From Deltaproteobacteria bacterium (GTDB lineage Bacteria; Myxococcota_A; Polyangia; Fen-1088): DNA of 64,000 bases. The stretch is taken from contig JANRKS010000032.1 of NCBI GenBank assembly GCA_033763315.1, positions 448,001 through 512,000 of the forward strand, written 5' to 3'. Positions 1 through 9,300 of the stretch are shown piece by piece. Each line of letters begins with the position of its first letter. The first letter of the stretch is position 1. Under the pieces are notes generated by a model. It made no database searches and was not told the origin of the DNA. It was given only the letters and a program-made list of their open reading frames with translations. A program made the position numbers and the translations under genes.

Positions 1-753
1 TTGTTCAACGGCGGCAAGGCCTTGGACCGCGTGCCGGGCGATTCGGCTGAGAAGCAAGCACGCGCAGGCTTGGCCACGTCGGCCGCCGCCGGGTCGGCTT
101 TCTATCAAGCGGAAGAGGTTTACGAAGAGTTCTTGCGCACCAAGTTCCCCGAGGGCCTGGACTTCCAAACGCCGCAGTCCTACTACGGCAAAGCTAAGAA
201 CGACAAGATCAAGAAGACGCTTGAGGACTCCACCAAGCGGTTCGGCAAGTACTTGGACGACAAGGGCAAGATCACCATCAAGTTGGTGGGTGATCCGGGC
301 AAGAGCCAAGGTCTTTACGAGAAGGTGTTTGCGTTCAAGGTGGCCAACTGGACCATCGCCGCTGCCGCCCGCATCGGGCAGGTTTGGCAGAATTTCACGG
401 ATCAGCTGTACACCGCTGAGATCCCCAAGAACCTCAAGGAAGTGGACGAATACGGCAACCGGCCGCGCGAGATCTACTGCGACGCCTTGGTGGATAAAGC
501 CGAGCCAATCGAATCCAAGGCCGTGGTTGGTTTCCAGGTTTGCTTGGAAGGCGCCACGCGTGAGAGCTGGTTCAACGATTGGTCGCGTTTGTGCGAAGTT
601 GAACTGAACCAAATGCAGCCTTCGGAGTACCCGTTGGCGGCCGAAGCAAAACCCGAAGCCGGCTACACCCCCACGGTTGTGAAGCCTGCGCCCGTCGTCA
701 CGGATCTGCCTGACGCGAAGAAGGGCCTGTCTCTGAGCGGCGGTGACGAATGA
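1..753 (+). CDS. gltD: 3' part of gliding-motility TPR protein GltD/AgmU (truncated by window start)
   Basis: Open frame from base 1. C-terminal WTIAAAARIGQ...YCDALVDKAEPIESKAV..F..CL..A...SWFNDWSRLCEVELNQMQPSEYP resembles the GltD C-terminus; lies directly upstream of gltE-gltF-gltG; stop overlaps next ATG (ATGA). Confidence 0.75.
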   Translation: MFNGGKALDRVPGDSAEKQARAGLATSAAAGSAFYQAEEVYEEFLRTKFPEGLDFQTPQSYYGKAKNDKIKKTLEDSTKRFGKYLDDKGKITIKLVGDPGKSQGLYEKVFAFKVANWTIAAAARIGQVWQNFTDQLYTAEIPKNLKEVDEYGNRPREIYCDALVDKAEPIESKAVVGFQVCLEGATRESWFNDWSRLCEVELNQMQPSEYPLAAEAKPEAGYTPTVVKPAPVVTDLPDAKKGLSLSGGDE

Positions 754-2411
754 GCCTCGCCATCCTACGGAAAATCGCAACCACTTACGGCCATGACGGT
801 ATTGACGGCAGGAACAGCCAAGTGAAGCCAACGAAGTTCAGCATGAAACTGTTTGCGGGCCGGGGCGCGTGCGCTTTGGCCTTGGGCGCGCTGTTTGGCG
901 CGGGCTGTGGTGGCCCTCAAAAAACAGGCGGTGGCGGTGTCAGCGGTGGCGGTGGCCCGGCGTCAGAGCAAGGCGCGGATTCGATCATTGAAGGCACGGC
1001 CAAAACAGCGCCCGCTCGTGAAGTGTCCGCCGAAGAGCGCGAGGACTTTACGAAGGCGATGGCCAAGTATCTCGACCTCAAGGCCGACGGTACGCTGTCG
1101 AGCGGCGAGTGCGATATGGCCGCGTCTGGGTTCAAGAAGGCTGCGGATGCGAATCCGAAGCTGCGCGAGGCGCGCTACAACCAAGGCGCTGTGCTGATGG
1201 AGTGTAGCCACGACAACGAGGCACAAACCATTTTTGCGCAGATGGCGACAGGCAAAGACGCATTTGCTCCTGCCGTCACGCAGCTGGGTGTGGCCGCGTA
1301 TCGCAAAAACGATCGCGCCGAAGCCGAACGTCAGTTCACACGCGCGATCGAGATCGATCAGAATCTGAATTCGGTCGCCGCTCGCAACAACTTGGCACAG
1401 CTGCTTCGCGACCGAATGTTGGGCCAGCAAGGCGACGAACGGAAGCGGACGGCCAACCGAGCGATCCAGCACCTGCGAGCGGTGTTGGCAATCGATGGCA
1501 CGAACATTCAGGCCTACGCCACTTTGTGCCACATCTATCAGCTGCTCGGTTACCCCGACATGGCAAAACTGGTGGGCAACCAAGCCATCCGTCGCGCCGC
1601 TGAAATTGCCACGGGTTCCGTCGAAGAAGAACAAGGCGGTCCTGCCGAAGACGCCGAAACAGCAAACGCGGGCAAGACGAAGGGCAAAGCCAAAAAGAAG
1701 GAAGACGCTCCGGCAGCCAGCAAGAAGACCAAGGGCACGGGTTACACCCGGGAGATGAACCAGCAGCTGGGCCTGGTCTACAACACGTTGGCGCTTATCG
1801 ACCTGGACAAGAAGAACGTCACGGGCGCGATCGGCAATTTCAAGTCGGCCATCCAGCGAGATCCCGACCTGATGGAAGCGCGTATGAACCTGGCAGCGAT
1901 CGCGTTGAACTTCCGCGACTACACAACGGCTGAGGAGAACTTCCGCCTGGTGTGGAAGGCGCAGCCTGCGAATTACGAAGCCGTCATTGGCTTGGGTGTG
2001 GCACAGCGAGGCAACAAGAAGGCTGACGACGCTGAACAGACCTACTTGGCGGCGCAGAAGATCGACGCCAACAACCCCAAGAGCTACTACAACCTGGGTC
2101 TGCTTTACCAAGACTACAAGGGTGGTCAGAAGCCCGAGCTGCAAAAGGCGCAGGGCTACTTCCGTGACTTCATCGCTAAATCAAGCGGCGGCGAATTGAA
2201 GAAGGACGCCCAAAAGCGCATCAAGGACATCGACGAGATGTTCGTGGCGTTGGAAGAGGCAGCGAAGCTCCAGGCCGAATACGAGAAGATGCTCAAAGAG
2301 GCCGAGGAGATGGAAAAGAAGCAGAAGGCCGAAGAAGAGAAGGCCGGTGCGGCTGCCCCCGCGGGCGACGCGACCGCTCCCGGCGCCGCTGCGCCTCCGG
2401 CCACAAAGTAA
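750..2411 (+). CDS. gltE: Gliding-motility TPR lipoprotein GltE/AglT (alternative start ATG 843)
   Basis: Lipobox-like LFGAG-C, many TPRs (EARYNQG, AARNNLA, EARMNLA, SYYNLG), C-terminal coiled coil; position between gltD and gltF. Confidence 0.8.
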   Translation: MSLAILRKIATTYGHDGIDGRNSQVKPTKFSMKLFAGRGACALALGALFGAGCGGPQKTGGGGVSGGGGPASEQGADSIIEGTAKTAPAREVSAEEREDFTKAMAKYLDLKADGTLSSGECDMAASGFKKAADANPKLREARYNQGAVLMECSHDNEAQTIFAQMATGKDAFAPAVTQLGVAAYRKNDRAEAERQFTRAIEIDQNLNSVAARNNLAQLLRDRMLGQQGDERKRTANRAIQHLRAVLAIDGTNIQAYATLCHIYQLLGYPDMAKLVGNQAIRRAAEIATGSVEEEQGGPAEDAETANAGKTKGKAKKKEDAPAASKKTKGTGYTREMNQQLGLVYNTLALIDLDKKNVTGAIGNFKSAIQRDPDLMEARMNLAAIALNFRDYTTAEENFRLVWKAQPANYEAVIGLGVAQRGNKKADDAEQTYLAAQKIDANNPKSYYNLGLLYQDYKGGQKPELQKAQGYFRDFIAKSSGGELKKDAQKRIKDIDEMFVALEEAAKLQAEYEKMLKEAEEMEKKQKAEEEKAGAAAPAGDATAPGAAAPPATK

Positions 2412-2499
2412 TTTCCGATTAAAATCAAGCCGTTGCGACTTTGCGGGAACTTTGTTCGCAAACGGTTGTCTAAAACCGACACTAGGCGAGGAGAACGAC

Positions 2500-2787
2500 A
2501 TGAAGACGCGTACCGGAATAACCATGGCTGCTCTGTCTGCATCGCTGTTGACCTGCACGCTGGCTTTTGCCCAGGCAAAACCTCCGGGTGGCGAAACGAC
2601 CTCTGAGGACGGAGCCACCTACAAAGCCAAAACGGTATACGACTTCGATGACGACAATGTTGAGGGTGATCTGCAGCGTCCGGACGGTGAGTTGATCAAC
2701 TCCCTCAACAACGTGAAGCACGACAGCCTGATTGAGATCCGCAAGGACTTCATCCCCGAGATGTTGAAGTCGCTCGAGGACATGTAA
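2500..2787 (+). CDS. gltF: Gliding-motility protein GltF/CglF
   Basis: ATG 2500 after GAGGAG RBS; signal peptide; YKAKTVYDFDDDNVEGDLQRPDGE...SLIEIRKDFIPEMLKS is the characteristic CglF motif. Confidence 0.88.
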   Translation: MKTRTGITMAALSASLLTCTLAFAQAKPPGGETTSEDGATYKAKTVYDFDDDNVEGDLQRPDGELINSLNNVKHDSLIEIRKDFIPEMLKSLEDM

Positions 2788-2872
2788 AAAAAATTTTTAG
2801 AGCCGGTTTCCGTTCGCCTCCGCCCGCCTGTCTCTGATTCGGTTTTAGCCGCTGTTCAAGGAGTTCCCGTCA

Positions 2873-5152
2873 ATGACCACGTTTAAGGTGCCTCTTCGCT
2901 TTCAGATCTTCCACGGCGACGAACTATTGCGGGAGGAAGTGATCAGCGAGCCGGTGATCAAGGTCGGCAAATTGCCCTCTTCGCACTTGCGCCTCGATGA
3001 CGAATCGGTGTCGCGCATGCACGCGGTGATTGAGGTCAATGGTCCCGACGACATTCAAGTCATCGACCTTGGCTCAACCCACGGCACGCTTGTAAACGGC
3101 GACAAAGTGGCCCGCACACGCATCAAGCCCGGCGACGAGATCGCGTTTGGCCATCTGCGTGTGATCGTTTCTTACGCGGATGATGAAGCCACCAAAGTGG
3201 CGGCGCCCGCCTACGCCGAAAACGTGGTGCCCCAATCCGCCACGCCGCCGCCCGCTTACGTGGCACCGCCCGCGCCAGCTCCTGTGGCACCACCTTCGCC
3301 CGTGGCCGCGCCCCCGCGCATGGTGGCTCCCACGGCTCCGATCCCGCAATCCGCTGGCGGCGCGCCCCCGCGTCCTCCCGCGCCGCAGTACCCATCTCCT
3401 CCCATGATGCAGCCTCCGCCCGGTTTTCCTGGCGCCGGAGCGCCAACAGGTATGTCGCAGATGGCCGCGGCGGCCTCCGCTGCTGAAATTGAAGAAGTGG
3501 GCAGCCAGGCGGTCGAGGTTCAGTCCTTGTTCCGCGGCGTTGTGGTGAACACCCGCCACCTCACGGATCCCTCGGGCAAAGCCCACAATGGCACCGGCAA
3601 GATCATGACGATCGCGGGTGCGGTGTTGGCCGTGATCGCCTTGTTGACCTTGGCCGGTGCTTCGGTGCAAGAAGGCCACGAAAAAGACGCCTTCGAGAAG
3701 CACATGTCCGAGGGCAAAGATCCCGCGAAGTTCGTGCACAGCCGCGGCAACCCCGCGTTGGACGTGTTGTTCTTCGGCGGCATCCTCGTCGGCGTGTCCC
3801 TTTCGTACATGGGCCTCAAGCGCTGGAGCCGCATCGAAAAGGATTACGTGGTTGGTTCGTCCACCGGCGCGGATGCGCCCTTGGCGCCTGAGTTCGCAGG
3901 TGGTGAGCGCCTGGCGTTGGTCACGGCCAGTGGCAGCGACTTCGTTGTCCACACCACGCCGTCAATGCAGGGTGAAGTTTACATCGGCGGCCAGGCGATG
4001 CCGTTGGCCAACTACGTTCAGCAGCGCGGCCAATCTTTCCCGCTGACCGACGGGGCACGCATCCGTCTGGACGCGGGCGAAACACGCTTTTTGATTTCGT
4101 CGGTGGCAAAGCCCCGCACGCTACCCGTTCCCTTCTTGCTGTGGAGCTGGGCCGAACAAAAGTTCACCCTGGCCGCCGCGGGCGTGTTGTTGCTGTTCTT
4201 GGTGATCATCTTCTCGGTGCCACCTGATCCAAAGTCATTGTCCTTGGATCTTTTGAACACCGACAACCGCTTCGTGAACTTCCTCATCAAGCCACCCGAG
4301 GAAAAAGAGGAAGAAATTCCCGAGTGGCTCAAGAGCAACAAGAACGACGACCAGGGTGGCAAAGGCAAGGCTCACAAGGGCGAGCAAGGCAAGATGGGCA
4401 AAGAGTCGTCCAAGAACAAGCAAGGCTTGTACGGACTTAAGGGCCCACAAGACAACCCCGATCCACACTTGGCCAAGAAGCTGGCCGAAGAAGAAGCGAA
4501 GAACGCGGGTATCTTGGGCCTGATCAAGGCCGACGAAGGTTCGCATTTGGCTTCGTTGTTCGGCCGCGATACAGCTTTGGGCAGCGACGCCGAGAACGTT
4601 TTGGGCGGCTTGTTGGGCAACCAAATCGGCGAGGCCTACGGCGTCGGCGGCTTGGGCATGACCGGCACCGGCTCGGGCGGCGGCGGCACCGGCGAAGGCA
4701 CGATTGGCCTCGGCAACCTGGGCACCATCGGCAAAGGTGGCGGCGGAGGCAATGGTTCCGGCTACGGCCGTGGCGCCGGCGGTTTGCGCGGTCGCCGCGC
4801 TCGCGCCCCCGACGTTATCCCTGGCCAGGCGGCTGTGCGCGGTTCGTTGGACAAGGAAATCATCCGCCGCATCATTCGTCGCCACATCAATGAAGTGAAG
4901 TATTGCTACGAGCAAGAGCTCGTGAAGAAACCAGACCTGCAAGGCCGCATCGCCGTCCAGTTCACCATCGCGGCCACGGGCCAAGTGGTGACCTCGGTTA
5001 TGCAAACCTCTTCAGTGGGCAGCCCCAAGGTTGAGAACTGCGTGGTGCAGGCGGTTCGTCGTTGGGAGTTCCCAAAGCCCAAGGGTGGCGGTATCGTCAT
5101 CGTTTCATACCCGTTCGTGTTCAATCCTGCCGGTGGCGGGGACGAGCAATAG
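2873..5152 (+). CDS. gltG: Gliding-motility protein GltG/PglI: FHA, Pro-rich linker, TM segments, Gly-rich region, TonB-C-like domain
   Basis: FHA motifs (KVGK, VSRMHA, DLGSTHGT); Gly-rich GLGNLGTIGKGGG; C-terminal GSLDKEIIRRIIRRHINEVKYCYE...FPKPKGGGIVIVSYPFVF; AAGGAG RBS. Confidence 0.88.
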   Translation: MTTFKVPLRFQIFHGDELLREEVISEPVIKVGKLPSSHLRLDDESVSRMHAVIEVNGPDDIQVIDLGSTHGTLVNGDKVARTRIKPGDEIAFGHLRVIVSYADDEATKVAAPAYAENVVPQSATPPPAYVAPPAPAPVAPPSPVAAPPRMVAPTAPIPQSAGGAPPRPPAPQYPSPPMMQPPPGFPGAGAPTGMSQMAAAASAAEIEEVGSQAVEVQSLFRGVVVNTRHLTDPSGKAHNGTGKIMTIAGAVLAVIALLTLAGASVQEGHEKDAFEKHMSEGKDPAKFVHSRGNPALDVLFFGGILVGVSLSYMGLKRWSRIEKDYVVGSSTGADAPLAPEFAGGERLALVTASGSDFVVHTTPSMQGEVYIGGQAMPLANYVQQRGQSFPLTDGARIRLDAGETRFLISSVAKPRTLPVPFLLWSWAEQKFTLAAAGVLLLFLVIIFSVPPDPKSLSLDLLNTDNRFVNFLIKPPEEKEEEIPEWLKSNKNDDQGGKGKAHKGEQGKMGKESSKNKQGLYGLKGPQDNPDPHLAKKLAEEEAKNAGILGLIKADEGSHLASLFGRDTALGSDAENVLGGLLGNQIGEAYGVGGLGMTGTGSGGGGTGEGTIGLGNLGTIGKGGGGGNGSGYGRGAGGLRGRRARAPDVIPGQAAVRGSLDKEIIRRIIRRHINEVKYCYEQELVKKPDLQGRIAVQFTIAATGQVVTSVMQTSSVGSPKVENCVVQAVRRWEFPKPKGGGIVIVSYPFVFNPAGGGDEQ

Positions 5153-5156
5153 GCGT

Positions 5157-5185
5157 CTCGTTCAGCTTAAGTTCTGAACGAGTTT
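5157..5185 (+). terminator. Stem-loop after gltG (possible terminator or mRNA-stability hairpin)
   Basis: CTCGTTCAG-cttaagtt-CTGAACGAG, a 9-bp perfect stem followed by TTT. Confidence 0.45.
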
Positions 5186-5207
5186 GAAGAAATCAGGAGA
5201 ACGCGAG

Positions 5208-6092
5208 ATGCAACGCCACCTTAAGGTTGTGCTGGTGCTGGGCCTTATCATTCCGGCCTGTGACGCCTTCGTTTGCAGCCAGCAACGGAAGAAAGCCATG
5301 GAGCTTTCAAATGAAGGCGTGACGGCCTTCAAAAATAACCTCTACGATCGCGCTGAACGGGAGCTCAAGCTCGCCATCCAGACCGATCCCACGTACGCCC
5401 TGGCCCACTACAACTTGGGCAAGGTCTACCAAAAACAACGCAAGTGGGACAAAGCGGTGGAGTCGTTCGAGGCCGCGGCCGAGGGCGATTCGGGCAACGC
5501 CAACTATCAATACGATCTGGGCGAGGCTTACCTTGAAATGAAGCGGCTCGACAAGGCGCGCGACGCCTTAAAGAAGTCGACCGACCTCAACAACAAGGAT
5601 TATCGTGTTCACTGGCGCTTGGGCATCGTCTACAAGTTGCTCGAAGAGCCCAAGCTGGCCGACGTTTCCTACCGCGCCGCGATCAACGCCAACCCACGCT
5701 TCGATAAGGCGTTCCGGGATTTGGGCTACTTGTACATGGAGTACGAGTACACCAAGGAGGCGGCGACCGTGTTTTCGGAATGCGCCCGGATCAACAAGTT
5801 CGCGGCTGAATGCTTCAATGGCCAGGGCTTGGCGCAAAAGGATTTGCACGAGTACGGGGACGCCACCAGCGCCTTCAAAAAGGCGATTGAGCTTGAGCCC
5901 ACACTGTTCGAGGCCGTTTACAACATCGGCATGACCTACGCCGATTGGTACGAGCAATCGCACGCCGAAGACCACAAGGCGATGGCACGCGACTTCTTGC
6001 AGAAGTTCGTGGCCTCGGGTGGCGCCAAGGACGGTGGCGTTGGCTACGTCAAAGCCGCCAACGACAAGCTCTACGCGCTTTCAGGAACGTAA
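5208..6092 (+). CDS. Exported TPR protein, probable lipoprotein
   Basis: ATG 5208 after AGGAGA; hydrophobic N-terminus ending IIPA-C; consecutive TPRs (AHYNLG, YQYDLG, VHWRLG, AFRDLG, CFNGQG, AVYNIG). Confidence 0.85.
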   Translation: MQRHLKVVLVLGLIIPACDAFVCSQQRKKAMELSNEGVTAFKNNLYDRAERELKLAIQTDPTYALAHYNLGKVYQKQRKWDKAVESFEAAAEGDSGNANYQYDLGEAYLEMKRLDKARDALKKSTDLNNKDYRVHWRLGIVYKLLEEPKLADVSYRAAINANPRFDKAFRDLGYLYMEYEYTKEAATVFSECARINKFAAECFNGQGLAQKDLHEYGDATSAFKKAIELEPTLFEAVYNIGMTYADWYEQSHAEDHKAMARDFLQKFVASGGAKDGGVGYVKAANDKLYALSGT

Positions 6093-6141
6093 TCGCGCTT
6101 GCCGTTCACAACCGGCGGTTGTGTGTCAGCGTGCTCGGTGG

Positions 6142-6165
6142 GGGCCTTCGGTCGGAAGGCCCTTT
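6142..6165 (+). terminator. Putative intrinsic terminator
   Basis: GGGCCTTC-ggtcg-GAAGGCCC followed by TTT, ~50 nt after the stop at 6092. Confidence 0.5.
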
Positions 6166-6286
6166 GCCGTTTCTGATCGCAACCGCCGCGAAACCTCGCT
6201 CGGCCTGTCGGTGCAAGTGCTCTGGCGGCGCACACGGCCGGAAGTTCAACTGCCCGTTTTCTCTCTAGAAAACACAGGGGTTCCGA

Positions 6287-6316
6287 TTGTGGCCGTGTTT
6301 TACAGCGTGGTATAAG
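6287..6316 (+). promoter_or_regulatory. Putative sigma70-type promoter for gltI
   Basis: TTGTGG-N18-TATAAG with extended -10 (TGnTATAAG), ~60 nt before the gltI start. Confidence 0.4.
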
Positions 6317-6377
6317 AATCCCTCTTTTCGACCCCGACCCTCGCTAAACAGATCGCCCCTTCATACGGAGGACCAAC

Positions 6378-9300
6378 GTGGGGAAGTCCAAGGTGCCAAA
6401 ACAGCCCGAATCCGCTCAAATGAGCCAGCAGACAGAACCACCTCAGCAGGATTTCCCCGCCGAACTTAAAGAGCAAGTGGCCGCCGCCCTTGCTGCTGAA
6501 GGCGAATCGGTCGACAAGGGCATCGATGCTTGGAAAAAAATCGTACAGGCCGCTCCGGAGGCGTGGGCGCCCCGGCGGGAGCTTGCGCGCGTTTATAAGC
6601 AAGCCGAGCGGTGGAAGAACTACGTAGATATCCTCAGCGAAGGCGTAGACAAAGCGTCGTGGTCGTCTGACGCCGACAAGGTGCCGCTCTTGTGGGAGAT
6701 GGTGGAGGTTTACCGCGATCGTTTGAAGCTGAACCAGAAGGTGATCTCCAGCTTCACGCAGTTGCTGACCATCGCGCCCGACAACCTCGAGGCCGTCGAT
6801 GCCCTGGCGGAACAATACGAGGCCATGAACCGCTGGCCCGACGTGATCTCGTTGCTGCGCAAGAAGGTCGAGGTCGTTGCGACCGTGCCTGAAAAGATCG
6901 CGTTGCACCTGCGCATCGCCAACCTTTACATCGAAAAGTTCTCAAACCAGGCCGAAGCCATCAAGGCGTTCGAAGCCGTACTGGATCTTGATTCGTCGAA
7001 TGCGTCTGCGCTCGATTACCTCAAGCAGATGTACGAGAAGCGCCGCGATTGGGACAAGCTGCTGAAAATCCAGCTTGCCGAGATCGAGCGCCTCACCAAC
7101 CCGAGCGAGCGCGCCGCGCGTTTGCTCGAGGTGGCCAAACTTGCGTCCGAACGCCTTAAACGCGCGCCTGTTTCGATTGATCTGTGGGAACGCGTGCTGG
7201 CCGAATCGCCCGCCAGCGCCGAAGCGCTGACCGAGCTTGAGAAGCTTTACGAACGCGAAAAGAACTACGATCGCTTGGCCGCCGTGCTCGAGCAGCGCGT
7301 GGCCGTGGGTGCGATCGACGCTGACCCCGTGGTTGTTTTGGTGAAGCTGGCGACGCTTTACAACGACCGCCTGGAGAACAACAGCAAGGCCATCGAAACG
7401 TGGCAAAAGCTGCTCACGATCGATCCCGAAAACCGTCGGGCGCAAGACGCGGTTAAGAAGCTTTACGTCACGCTCAAAGATTGGGATGCACTTGAAAAGT
7501 TCTATGCGGGCCAAAACCGCTGGGACGAATTCGTGCGCGTGCTTGAGCGCCAGGCAGACACTGAAGAAGGCGAAGGCCGGGTGTCGCTGGCGTTGAAGAT
7601 CGGTTCGCTCTACCGCGATCGGTTGGAGCGTGCCGACCGAGCGACGCGCGCGTTCGAGAAGGCCCTCGAAGCTGACGCCAACAATTTGGCCGCGGCCGAG
7701 GCTCTGGTTCCGCTTTATGAGCAATCCAACGATGCCGCCAAACTGGCTGGCGTCCTAAAGGTAGTGCTCGCGCATACGAAAGATCCGGCTGAACGCCAAG
7801 AGCGCATGCTGAAGATCGTCGAGTTGCTCGACGGTCCCGGCCGCGATAAACCGGGCGCCGCCGATATGGCGTTGCGTGCGTTCGCCGAAGCGCCCGAACA
7901 AGCGTGGCCGCGACAATGGGCAGAGCGTTTGGCCGCCGAAGTAGGCAACTGGGAAGCCCTGGCCGCCGCGTACGAGCAAGGTCTGAACTCCGTCAAAGGC
8001 GAAGCAAAGCTTGGCCTGCTGCGCACCTTGGCTCGCGTTTATGAACGCGAATTGATGGACGCTGAAACCGCGATCGCTTGCAACCGCCGCGTGCTGGAGG
8101 CTTCCGCCGACGATGCAGAAGCCGTGGATGCCTTGCAGCGCTTGTTCATCGCCACCGAGCGATACGAAGATCTGCTGGCGATTTATGACAAGAAGCTGGC
8201 CATGGCCACCACCGATGACGAACGCCGTGACGTTCGCTTCAAGTTGGCCAGCCTTTACGAAGAAGAGGTGAAGGACGCTGACAAAGCCATCGAGGCTTAC
8301 AGCGCCATCCTGAAAGAAGCGCCTGAAGAGACGGCCGCGCTGCAAGCGCTTGATCGCCTCTACAGCGCCACCAGCAATTGGAAAGAGCTGGCCAAGACGC
8401 TTGAGCGTGAATTGGCCCTGGCCCTCGACGAGGTGGCGTCGGCTGACCTTATCTATCGCCTCGGCAAGATCAAAGAAGATCACCTGGGCAACCCCGAAGG
8501 CGCGGTGGAGGCTTACACGCGGGCCCTGGGGCTTTACCCGGCGCACGAAGAAGCCCGCCACGCTCTGGAGGCCCATCTAGCGAAGTCGCCGCACCAGATG
8601 GCGGCGGTGGCGGCGCTTGAACCGATCTATGAACAGCTACAAGACCTTCCCCGGTTGGTGGAAGTGCAGCGAATCAAGCTTGCAAACGAAAAAGACAAGC
8701 AAGCGCGGGTGAATTTGTTGCTGCGCGTGGGCGCCCTTGAGGCCGCGCTTGAGCACAACGTGCCTGCGTTCGAGGCCTACGCGGCCGCGTTCAAAGAAAG
8801 CCCTGCGTCTGGAAAGGCGCGCGCGGCTTTGCAAGATCTGGCCGCCACGCTTGAACGCTGGGACGGCCTTGCCGCGCTTTATGAAGAGGCGTTGACGGCG
8901 GGTGGCCTTGAGCCCTCGCTTGAGCGTGAGCTGTTGACGGTGCTGGCCGAGGTCTACGACACGCGGCTGGGTCGATCCGATAAAGCCGTCGCGTGTTTGC
9001 AACGGGCGCAAGAAATCGCTCCTGAAGACGCGTCCGCGCTTGATTCGTTGGTGAATCTTTACACCCGCACCGAGCGTTGGCCCGAACTGGTGGAGACGCT
9101 TAAGCGCAAGGCTGAGCTTGTGACCGATGGCGAAGTTCGCCAAGAGATCTACGAGCGCATCGCCACCATCGCCGAGGAGATGACCGGCAACAACGCCGAC
9201 GCCATCGCGGCCTGGAAAGAGGTTCTTTCCGAGAACGCGAGCAGCGTACGCGCGCTGCGCGCCCTCGATCGCCTTTACGCCCATGAAGGGCTTGACACCG

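Noticed and set aside
2446-2461. GG-N10-GC (GGGAACTTTGTTCGCA) upstream of gltF
   Set aside because: Spacing fits, but both boxes match the sigma54 consensus poorly (no GGCA, no TTGC); likely chance.
2785-2799. A8/T5 run after the gltF stop
   Set aside because: Short, non-coding and with no supporting structure; no evidence for phase variation.
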